From an uncultured Verrucomicrobiae bacterium (GTDB taxonomy: Bacteria > Verrucomicrobiota > Verrucomicrobiia > Limisphaerales > Palsa-1400), in assembly GCA_963707025.1 (NCBI GenBank), contig CAVPOM010000007.1, positions 448,001 through 512,000 of the forward strand: a stretch of DNA of 64,000 bases, read 5' to 3'. Position 1 is the first letter of the stretch; each line of letters begins with the position of its first letter. A model generated the notes under the pieces. That model made no database searches and had not been told where the DNA came from. It saw only the letters and a list, made by a program, of their open reading frames with translations. The position numbers and the translations under genes are program-made. Below, piece by piece: positions 39,600 through 49,638 of the stretch.

Positions 39600-40525
39600 G
39601 ATTTGTCTCGGTGGCAATTGGGGTGGTCGCGGATAGCTGGCGGTCAACCAACCGCAGCTTTGAAACGATATGTGAATGGCAGTAATCGTTGCATTCGTCG
39701 AGAAAAGCCATTTCGCGCTTTTGTTGAAATGTAATCCCCAATTGCAGCATGAGCGTAAATGAAAGTGCGATCAGGGTTGTCTCGAAGGCGGTGGACAAGG
39801 CCGCCGGTGACGCCCTGAAGTGAAGCTGCGGATCAGAGTCAAGATCGCCAGCCGCCTGTAGGGTGATGGTGAACCTTCCGATGGCTAAACTCAATCCCAG
39901 CACCGTGCCAATGAAACCAAGCACCGGAATGCCCCAAACCAAGCCATTGACCACGACATAGCTGGATGCAACTTGGTCTTCGTCGTTCTCTGCTTGTGCG
40001 CGTAAAATTGAGGACACGTCATTGACTTGGCCGATATTCTTGAAATTGGACAAGGCGCGATCAATGCGATTGAGCAATATGAAATGACGCGGATTGTCAA
40101 CCAGTGAATGGATGCGGGCCAGGACCGTGGCGGCTGTTGTTTCCGTGAGGATAAATTCGGGCTGAGCTGGAACTGCGGACAATTGCAGTGCTCGTTCCTG
40201 GAATTGTATCTTTCCTTCCTTTCAACGCGAGGATGGCGACGCCCCAAAAGAAAAAGACTGTTGCCGGAATCACAGCAAACTGATTAGTAGGACGCATGAA
40301 CATAGTTGCGACCTTTGAGATAACCGGCAAGTGTATAAAGACGAATATCATTAGGGCGTAAAGAACGCCGGCGAGCAAAGCACCTATGAGAAAGGCGAAG
40401 CCATGATTAACGCTGGTGTAGCGAGCGCCTTTGAATCCGAAACGGTTTTCGACGTCGCTTTGCGTCCAAGCGAGGACATCCTGTTTTTCGTTGATCGTTT
40501 TTGGTGTGATTGGAAATTGTGCCAT
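39583..40525 (-). CDS. MotA/TolQ/ExbB proton-channel family protein, frameshift near 40210
   Basis: WGIPVLGFIGTVLGLS...ALSTAFETTLIAL signature; two N-terminal TM helices. Confidence 0.85.
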
Positions 40526-40544
40526 AATACTTACAGTAATTGAG

Positions 40545-41198
40545 TTAAAATCGAGTGAATCCTCCAGCGAAGAAAAAGAACGCGATGCCAACAATCCATA
40601 ATAATGTGCCAATCCTCGCTATGGAAAGGCCCAGGCTGGTCTGGGAACGTCCGCTGGGGTCCATTAGTCCAGTATCCATCTCACGAAGATCGGCACTGGC
40701 CATTGACCAAGCAGCGATACAGACTGGGGCACACACGAATAAACCAATCACGGCACAAGTGACTATTAGACCCCCTCTATGGGACTTGATAGGAAAGGCG
40801 GGTGTTGGCCGGGCACGTTCGTCCGTTTGACGTTCGTAGATGGACTTTTCAAGTAAATCGTTTTTTCGCTTTTCCTCCGCGAGGGCGGCAGCACGTTGTT
40901 GCGCTTCCAGTTCTCGCGTTTGGCGTTCCTCGTCCTCACGTTCGCGGCGTTCCCGTTCTTCGCGCGCCCGCTCCATAACGTGGAGAGCCGCTTCCTGCTT
41001 GGCGACGTAGTCACGAATACTAATCCACCGACCGCTGTGCAAAATCTCGTGCAATAGGCCGATTTCGTTGGTTGAAAGCTTCTTCTCGATCAACTTCGCC
41101 GAGTACGGACCTTCTTGCCTGCCGCGCCAACGCACAAGAAATGAAGGATTTTCTTCATCACCAGCTTGCACTTTGGATAACTCGGCAAAATTACTCAT
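40545..41198 (-). CDS. GYF_2-like domain, coiled coil and DUF4190-like two-TM tail
   Basis: GRQEGPYS..I...L motif; HRGGLI..CAVIG..AW.MA..DL..M..G.MDPSG tail. Confidence 0.75.
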   Translation of the reverse strand: MSNFAELSKVQAGDEENPSFLVRWRGRQEGPYSAKLIEKKLSTNEIGLLHEILHSGRWISIRDYVAKQEAALHVMERAREERERREREDEERQTRELEAQQRAAALAEEKRKNDLLEKSIYERQTDERARPTPAFPIKSHRGGLIVTCAVIGLFVCAPVCIAAWSMASADLREMDTGLMDPSGRSQTSLGLSIARIGTLLWIVGIAFFFFAGGFTRF

Positions 41199-41208
41199 AA
41201 TTAGCCCT

Positions 41209-42303
41209 TCAATTTGCCGCATCAATCAGAACGATTTGATACTTTTCGCCTAGTTTCTTGCCAAGCTGTGATCTCTCACGGCTCAATCCTTGGTAGGTTT
41301 CGCTTGAGTTTTGTAGGGCTGCGGAGTATTTTAAAAGAACGTCTTTGTCACTAATAGTGGCCTGCCCAGCAACAGATCCAGCGAGCCTGCCAAAGAATTG
41401 ACCAAGCTGCATTCCCGATTCTACAGTTACGTTGCTTTCTTTTTGGGAAGAAAGAATCGCACCAAGGGCCGTTCCAAATAATTGCCCGATGTTAGCTATA
41501 TCATTTCTACCAGACTCGCTCTCTTGAAGCTCTTTGTTGACGCTTTCAAAGACTGTCCGCGCAGCTTTTGCTGCATCAACACGCTTCAATATGTAGCTTT
41601 TCAGTTCGGGATCGGCATCATCTACATCAAGTTGCGAATAGCCTAACGCGATGCGAGCAAAATATGTTACCGGATCGGGATTGTCAGACGCGGCCTGAAA
41701 TTCAACCAATTGCATTTGTTTCCATGCCTTTTCTGTTGCGTCCTTCATGTTGACGTCAACTCTTTGCTTGTTGTATTCAGCTTGAAGTCTGATGTTTTCC
41801 TTGGCCATTGCAGATTCCATGTCTGTTTTGTGTATGGCGGTGATGCAGTAATTCACAAGCCACACGCTTACACAAATGGCAGCAAGAACAATTAAGCCGC
41901 TAATAAGCCGTCTAGTAAGGCGAGAATCAAATATCGGCCCTCTCGAAACATCTCTTGGTCGAGGTGCGTTTTGAACCTTATCCGCAAAGGCGGCTGATTG
42001 CTGCTGAGCCTTGATTTCCCGTGCCTTACGGAGAGCCTCATCTCGCTCGCGACGTTCCTGCTCTTCACATGCACGTTGATGGAGCCGACGATTTGCTTCC
42101 TGGCTGGCGAGGTAGTCACGAATGGTCATCCATTCGCCGTTATGCAGAATCTCATGTAACAGGCCAATTTCATTGGCTGACAGCTTATCCTCGATCAACC
42201 CCGTCGAGTAAGGGCCTTCCTGTCTGCCGTGCCAACGCACTAGAAACGTGGCACTTTGCCCGCCGGTGAAGGCGACCTTTGATGGCTCACCTCGGCTGCT
42301 CAT
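41209..42303 (-). CDS. GYF_2-like domain, coiled coil, TM and helical ectodomain protein
   Basis: N-terminal domain nearly identical to that of 40545..41198; TM helix LISGLIVLAAICVSVWLV; ATGA overlap with the upstream gene. Confidence 0.75.
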   Translation of the reverse strand: MSSRGEPSKVAFTGGQSATFLVRWHGRQEGPYSTGLIEDKLSANEIGLLHEILHNGEWMTIRDYLASQEANRRLHQRACEEQERRERDEALRKAREIKAQQQSAAFADKVQNAPRPRDVSRGPIFDSRLTRRLISGLIVLAAICVSVWLVNYCITAIHKTDMESAMAKENIRLQAEYNKQRVDVNMKDATEKAWKQMQLVEFQAASDNPDPVTYFARIALGYSQLDVDDADPELKSYILKRVDAAKAARTVFESVNKELQESESGRNDIANIGQLFGTALGAILSSQKESNVTVESGMQLGQFFGRLAGSVAGQATISDKDVLLKYSAALQNSSETYQGLSRERSQLGKKLGEKYQIVLIDAAN

Positions 42304-45287
42304 GGCGATTGGTTTGGCATTAGTTGAAAGAGTGGTGGCAATACACTTCGGAAACAAGGGTCGGTGGCTTTTACACCAGCCTGAGAGAAATACTCGCTAC
42401 GGGGACTTGCCAAGACGAACATCGGTGAGAGCGGCATGGCGGCTTCACGGAGCATCGTATCTGTCCCAATGTTGAATTCCAACAAAACCGGCTGCTGTAG
42501 GGCAGCACTGTATCCCCATAATTCAATCGCAGGAGGGTTTTGTATAAAATTGGGTTTGCCATTCAAGTCAACGAAGCCAACATAGGCAAGCCCATTCTTA
42601 GAAACCGCTTGCGCCAGTGTCAGTAAACCGACCGCCTGTTTCACGTAAGAAACCGACTTAGTCGAACTGAAGAACTGTTCCACCTTTGCCCCATAGGAAC
42701 TGGCCTTTGCGTCAACAAACCAGTCTCCGCTATTCAGTTGATCGCCTAAAGTCTTTTTGAGTTGGGCCTCATCCATGCTGACTGCCGGGCAAAACGTGAG
42801 TCCCCACGCATCTGGTTGTAGTCGCATAAAATCAATTAACTTGGTGAATAACCATGCCCGAAAAATGGGTGAACCTTCGATGCGAATCTTTGATCGCATC
42901 CAAGACGCCAAGCATCGGCTTGGCATAAGAGTCGTTGCCATGCACTACGTTTCTGCAAGCCACAGGAATAGAAACACTCGGTATCCTTCATATCTCCAAG
43001 GTCAATGAGGCGATAGACCAATGCCGTCGGCGACAATCTACATTTCCCATCGAAATATCCATAGCTGTGGTCGGTAAACACGGCGCTGGACGAATACGAC
43101 GAAGGTTCCCACGCTTTGATTTGTTTCCAACCTCCAGTATCGTTGAGTACGCCAGCCGTAATCCATTCGACATTTCTTGCTCCATCGGCGTCAAGTTGGA
43201 ACCGATAATGCGAATGAGTAGTGCCAACAGCCGGGTCATCATTCAATTGCTGGAAAAGCGTCCGCTCGGCTGGCATCATTACTTCGGGAACAAAGTCTGA
43301 ATTTTGTGCCTTCTGGATGTAAGACCAAGTACTCGCGTTTGTCGCTCCAAGCAAAGCGCGCAAAATCGCTTCCTCGATTAGGATTCAGCGATTGGATCAG
43401 CGGACGCCGCCTTGACATTGGATGAAGTCGAGAATTCCGACGAAGCGACTAGAGCGATGCCTTCCGAAAACTCTTTTGTCGTGTGGGCTTTTTGCAATGC
43501 CGCCATGCCATCAGTTATCTTGCGAAGCTCCTGGTCGTATGCGTTGAATTTTTCATGGACAATGGCGGAACGTTGGAGAAGGTCAGCCCGCAATGCCAGG
43601 TAGTTTGTGAGGCCGGACTCGCATTCGCCAATTTTTTGCACGAGGCTGGAAAGAGCGGCAATTTGCGCCGTCGATTTTTCCAAAGACGCCCGATAGTCAA
43701 GTTGATCGGACTGCTTTTCCGCTTCCGTGATCCATTGATTCAACGAATCATTTACGGTCGAACTGCTATCGGCGAGATATTTTTGCCACTGCTTCTCAAA
43801 TGTTTGCAAACGCGGCTCATTTTCGCCCCGAACATCCGGGGCAAGCGCGTTCAAGGCATTACGGGCCGACACGAGTTCACCGGAAAGCTCGGCCAGACGG
43901 GCACTGTTAGGTTCTCCGCCGAGTTGTTGTGGCAATTTGGCGAAAGCGGTCTCAAATCCCGCCAACATGGCATGTTCCCGGCCAACAAAGCTTTCAGCAT
44001 CGGCGACCGCGCTATTGAGCCGCGCCGACGATAGCAAAGCTCTGCTCCTGTGTGTCGCAGTCGTTCAATCAATTTTTCGGCGGTATGACATTGCCGCTGA
44101 ACGATGGCGGTTTGAAGCTGCCCGGCAAAATCGCGAGCCTTCATCTGTCGGCTGACAAGCCATGCCAGCGATCCCCCAACAACCAGGACAGCGACGACAG
44201 CGGAAATGATAATCCGGTGCTGAATGGTTGTTCTCCTTGCAATTTCTCCTTCAAGCAAGGCGGAACGCTTGCGAAAGCCTGCCGTGGCCTCTTCTGGAAT
44301 TGGATGAGTAAATCCCTCCAATGAGCGCCAAACTTTGTGCAACGCCTCATAGTCATCTCGAAGTTCCGGGAGTTTAACATACCGGGCAGACGTATCTTTT
44401 TCTTCGCTCTGGACAATCCGATAACGCAACTCAGCGAGACAAGATTGAAACTCGCGTTCCTTTTTGGCCTTTGCCTGTTCCGCGCGTGCCCACGAGTCCA
44501 AGAAGGTCAAGTTGTTTCTCTGAGTCTGCCGACAAATCCAGTTTAAATCGTCTTGCAGTTTGTGAATGAAATCAAGTTTGGCCAGTCCGTCCATCCACTT
44601 GGACGAATCTTTATGCGCGGAAACTTCCTCAAGCAAACTATCGCAGCGAATAATCTGCGCCTTTCGCCAAATGTCCCCTCCTGGCTGATTTTTGAAACCG
44701 AAGTTTTCGATTTTCTCTATCTCTGCCACGACCGGCAGCCGTGTCTCTCCGTTCCAATAAATTGCCAAGATATTCCAACCTCGCGGCAAGCACTTTGGAG
44801 TCAAGCCTCTCTAACTCCGACGCCGCGTTCGCGTCTGTAGGATTGAGGCGCGTGATGCTTTGAAGGGCCTTCAAGGCATCCTCATAATTGCGGCCGAGAA
44901 CAGCATCACGATAAGCTGCGTAGAGAGGATGATCGGTGGTGATGCCTTGCGCGTAACATTCGTTCAACGCGCCTACGGATGCGAGCATCAATTCTGTCGG
45001 CGGCGGAGAGAGAATTTTGCTGGCAATATCCCCGCCAATTATCTGATGCCGCTGAATTCCAGCACCGTCACCATGTCGAGGAGATTGGGCGCGGTTTCCG
45101 CCAATTGAATGGCCTGCTGGCGATCTCCAGCTTTAATCATCGCCTCGCATTGTTGAAGGCGAAGATTGACCGCATGACAGGCGGCGGCGAAATCCTCAGC
45201 CAACTTGGGCGCAATGGCCGAATTGCCTTCCTGCTTCAGCAACTCTGAAATTTTGCGGACAAGACGTTCGGTTTCTAAAAGTGTCAT
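42300..45287 (-). CDS. Large (~1000 aa) helical single-pass membrane protein, multiply frameshifted
   Basis: Fragments 45039, 44638, 43851, 43378, 42836 and 42300 abut in shifting frames; TM helix IIISAVVAVLVVGGSLAWLV; coiled-coil-rich. Confidence 0.65.
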
Positions 45288-45294
45288 AGGGGCA

Positions 45295-47446
45295 TCACTC
45301 CGCTGGATAGAATTGTGCTCTGGTCTGATTAGTGCCAGCGGGGAATATTGCGTAGCCTGCCAGCGGCTTACTCACTGTTAACGGAAAGGAAATAGCTTTG
45401 GTTGTCCGGACCGGGGTGGAACCTTTTGGAGTAATCCAGGAGGCCGTTACATTTCCACCCGCAGAAAAACCAAAACATAGCGTCAGACCCTTGACGTTTG
45501 ATGGCGACGGTTTGTTCATCGGATATGGCGTAGTTTTTCCTCCATTATATGTCCAGCACTGAACCTGATTATTGGAGACGCCGATGAAGAGATATGGCGC
45601 ATCGTTGCTTGTTGATTGCCGCACCAATATTCCTGCCGCTCCTGATACACTCCAGTTTGTCAGTAGAGTCCTGAATTCGTGCGTATCATTGTTCGTATAT
45701 ACAAAGAAGAAATTCGTCGCTTCCAATGAACTGTCCGCAGCAGTCGCGTGCAGGTCGAACCAAAAATGTTCCTTTATGTATTCTGCGGATGGGTGGGTGA
45801 CCGTTCCATTTGTAATCTTTGTCCATCCGGGAGGCCATTGCGAAATCGTGTCGCGCAGTTCGCTTGAATTACCAGTTTGAGGCGGACCCATGCCAGTGCT
45901 TTGCGAAAGCTCGGTCGCAACAGGCTCCGCAGAATTTTTATTCACCACGGCGTTAGAACTCGTGACCACGGCAGCCACATTCCTGACGATAACGGAATAC
46001 GTGCCAGCATTGCTCACATAAATCGATATATTAGTCTCGCCATCAATATTCGCTCCGTTAAGTTGCCATTGATAGTTCAGCGGCAAAGAACTGGAAGCAC
46101 TGACGGAAAGGTTGCATCTGCCGGATGATGGGATAGTCGTCTGAGCCGTCGGCTGATTCACAATTGTCGGTCCAAACCATTTGCCTCGGAAAAAAACTAT
46201 TGCCGCTACGATGATTCCAACCATCGCGATAGCAAGAGGAACAATTAAACTGTTTGCAAAACGACGTTTTGGGATCAGCGGTGTGTCTGGATTTTCCCAT
46301 GATCTTAATTGGGGATCGGCTACGATTCGAGGCCGGACAAGAGTGGCTGGCCTGGATAGAGGCTCTGCTTTTATTTCAACCGCCAATGTGACCCTAGAAC
46401 TAACAGTTTCCCCAGCGGAATTCCAGGCACGTAACACATAATGCGTCACCCCTCGTCCAGCGTTTTTGATTGTAAGTTGTGAATTTGTTTCACCTTCGAT
46501 TGCTTTTCCCTCATTTGAACGATCCACAACATACCATTGGTAAGAGGGATTTGGGATTCCCTCAGCTCTCGCTTGGAAGAGAGCCTCTTGGCCTTCGATA
46601 ATTTGAATATCCTTGGGTGGGACCACAAATTCCGGCGCTTTTCTGCCGTCATGTGCGAAGGCTTTTTCTTCAGCAGTCGATTTCGTGGCGCGCACGGTGG
46701 AAAGCTCGCGGCAATCGGGCGCAGCAAGGCGATTTGCCGCTGGATTGTCGGAATGAATACAACGCCATCGAAAATCTGCTGGGTTGTCTTGCTCCTGCAT
46801 GGAGGTCGTGAACGTGTATTGCAATGCGGCGGCGCGAAAGTCCCGGCGGGCGTCTCTTACTTCCAGGAGTTCGATACTTTCAGCAAATAATCCCAAAACC
46901 GTTTCGTTCGTCTGGTCATCTACGCGAAAGGTCGCTCCCGCGCGCGCTTCCAACAGACCATAGCCGTTCACGGCATCGCCGGTTACACGCTGCCAGGTTC
47001 GTGCGGGCACTGAGCATTTGCATGCCGAGAGAAGCCAGGGCAGACCAATCTTCGTTCTCCAACAAGGCGGGTTCTCGTGTCCACGATTTCACCCAACCTG
47101 GCCAATCGCGCAGAATTATAGGAGGCGTGGGGAACTGGCGGAATTCTTCGGCTGCGAGAAGCCAGATGATGCGCGATAAAGTTGGTGCGCCCTGTGAAAT
47201 CCAGGCCCGCATCCTGAATCCGGCTCAAGACATGAAATCGGGACCCCCGAATATCAACGATCCGGTAGGCGAAAATCGGCCGTTCCTTGCCCGCCACTGA
47301 GCGACAGGTGCTGGTAATAACTCAATTGCTCTAAACGAAGCATGAGTGCGTTCCCGCATCGTGGCGCTTCGCGCAACGGTGCAGTGGCCTGAACGCCCGG
47401 CAACCAGTCCCCGTGGCGCGCTGGTGTAGATGAGTTGTTGTGGCAT
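45295..47446 (-). CDS. GAP1-N2-like domain protein with Ig domain, TM helix and Ig/beta-sandwich ectodomain; frameshifted in the 5' part
   Basis: MPQQLIYTSAPRGL..G.SG.CTVA and AGLDFTGRTNFIAHH match the GAP1-N2 pattern as I recall it. Ig motifs P.PSYQW..Y...A.N..G and LNYQW..NG.NI.GE. Confidence 0.75.
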
Positions 47447-47466
47447 GGCGGGACTCGGTGAATTGT

Positions 47467-48862
47467 TCAGAGTTTCAAGTGGGGCCTTTTGATGGAATTG
47501 GCGAATAACGCGGGACAGACATGTGACAGAATCCAAAGCAGCGGAACCTCGACGAAGGCTGGCTGGAGTTTGGCCGGGTCGGGGACATATTCTCCCGGTC
47601 CAATCTTAACAGGAGTATGGCCAAACGAACTGGCTGCAAAGAAAGTGACATTTTGGCTCAAAGCCTCAGCGTTGGCCACCACTGCTGGACATAGATGATA
47701 CAAAAGTTCCCGAACTTGCGCGGAGTTTTCCTCGACCTCGGCCATGTCGAGCTTTCCATCTCGAATCGGGCTTTGTGGCGGCTTTCCGTTGAGCAAATGC
47801 AGCCACACGTCGCACTTGCCAACGACAAAAGCAACAGGCGTCTCGATGGTTTCGCCGGAACGCAAATTGCGGATCATCTGAATGCGCGCCCGCATCTCGG
47901 CCAGGATGATGTCCTGTTGATCCACGACCGGCTTTTCGATTTGAGGGTCCTTCGTATCCCGGAGATTGCGGCGAAACTCAGGGCTGTTGAACGGGTCGAA
48001 AAGATACAGGATTCCAGCGGCTGAAGCCGACATGCTGTGCGCCGGGCTGCTCCACTATATTGACTCCGGGTTGGAAATGCTCTCCAGCATTATCGTAAAA
48101 AATAACCGCGCATCGGTCGTCAGGATTCTCCTCGGGAGACAAGGTGTAAACAAACGGGCGTGGCAGGGCCACCATTCTGCCCTGCCTCGGCAACCGTTCG
48201 TACATGGCCCCCTCAAATACCGTTTTGGCCAATTTTGCCTGTGCGGGGGTTTGAGCGCCAAACAACGCTTTCCGCATATCATTAACCGGCGCATTGCCGG
48301 TCGGGTCGCTGTCCTGGAAAACGATGCCAAACTCACGATACAATGTTGCTGGCAGAACCTTGGTCAGGACGCTCAGATAATATGATTTGCCTGCGCTTTG
48401 GTCTCCCACGAGGGAAATGATGTGGTGGGGCATGTCAAGGAAACTTGGGGGCAATTTCCTGCGGCAGTGTGGACAGGCGATTTCGTGAGCAGGGCAAACC
48501 CATTGCGTCGAGCGCCTGATCTGCATTGTTGAAGCGGGTCGCCAGAAAACGTTGCTGGGCATCTTCGCCGAGAACCGGGTCGCCACGAAGGGAATCATGC
48601 ACCGCGATGTGCATGATGTTGCCCTTGTCAAAACGCAGCCAGCAGACGGGACAGGTCAATTCGCCGTTTGGATTGGGATCGGCAAACGCCGGGTCTCTGC
48701 TCGGTGCTGCTAAAGTTTCAGGTTGTGTGTCCTGGACGGCATTGTCGGCTGGGGGACTGAAAACTCAGTTCCACAATGCGGACAATCAACCAGCCTTCCG
48801 GCGATTTCTTCATCCGCCTTGAGCCTTTGACTGCAAGATGGGCACAAAAAGTGAAATTCCAT
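47467..48862 (-). CDS. Zn-ribbon-fused TRAFAC-class GTPase (double-GTPase type), about three frameshifts
   Basis: Start MEFHFLCPSC..CPHC at 48862, further CPVC and CPHC pairs; G1 GDQSAGKS, G3 DNAGE, G4 GKCD, G5 ASSFG. Confidence 0.8.
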
Positions 48863-49059
48863 AATCCGTTTGCAAGCCGTTTGTCACAAATATGATGGAC
48901 AAACGAGCGTGAAAGCGCAATGCCAATAGGGCGAAGGCGCAGTTATTCTTGGCTTGTCTCGGTTGACTTGGCCTCGCCAGCGATTCCACTCTTAGCGTAA
49001 GCTTGAGCACGATGTAAAGCCTCGTGTTTTAAGGCGATGGTTTTCGAGAGGATTTGGGA

Positions 49060-49302
49060 ATGCCTTCGCGCAAACCCAAGAAATGTCCTCACCGAACTCG
49101 ATTCGGGAAGAATATTGCGGCTTTGCGCGGTCGGCGTACATTGACTCAGGAAAAACTTGCAGAAAAAGTGGGCGCGAGTGCGCGCTACATTCAAAGCGTT
49201 GAAGCCGGGGAATATTTTCCAAGCCTGCCGACGCTGGTGCGTTTACGCGCCGCACTTCGGTGTCAGTGGGAGGAACTATTTGACGGTTGCGATAAGCCAT
49301 AG
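49060..49302 (+). CDS. XRE-family HTH regulator, divergent from the GTPase operon
   Basis: LTQEKLAEKVG.S.RYIQSVEAG..FPSL. Confidence 0.88.
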   Translation: MPSRKPKKCPHRTRFGKNIAALRGRRTLTQEKLAEKVGASARYIQSVEAGEYFPSLPTLVRLRAALRCQWEELFDGCDKP

Positions 49303-49577
49303 AGGCACCGAACAGGACCAAAGTGAATCTGCTAAAAGATAGTCACTTTTTTGGAGATCAATCTGACGATTCTTGAAAAACGTCTGACGATTATCTGACA
49401 ATTCCTCCCACTCGATTCAAAATCGGTGGGACATGCGAGGCCGGGCAGGGCAAGCCCCTTCTTTATAGGGCAAGTTGACGATTCGTTGACAATTTGCTTG
49501 GCGGGATTGGGACAGGTTTTCCTGGCGCGGCCCGACTTCATTGTGCGGAATCTTCGAGGCGTTCATGGTGCATTTTT

Positions 49578-49637
49578 GCGGCTCATTACCGGCTCTAGCG
49601 GCTCACCAGCGGCTCATTACCGGCTCTAGCGGCTCAC
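49578..49637. repeat. 31-bp-period tandem duplication
   Basis: gcggctcattaccggctctagcggctcac at 49578 and 49609. Confidence 0.85.
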
Positions 49638-49638
49638 G

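Noticed and set aside
37582..40525. Calling the MotA-like locus a Zorya system
   Set aside because: There is no long ZorA tail, no OmpA-like ZorB motif and no ZorC/D/E helicase or nuclease in view.
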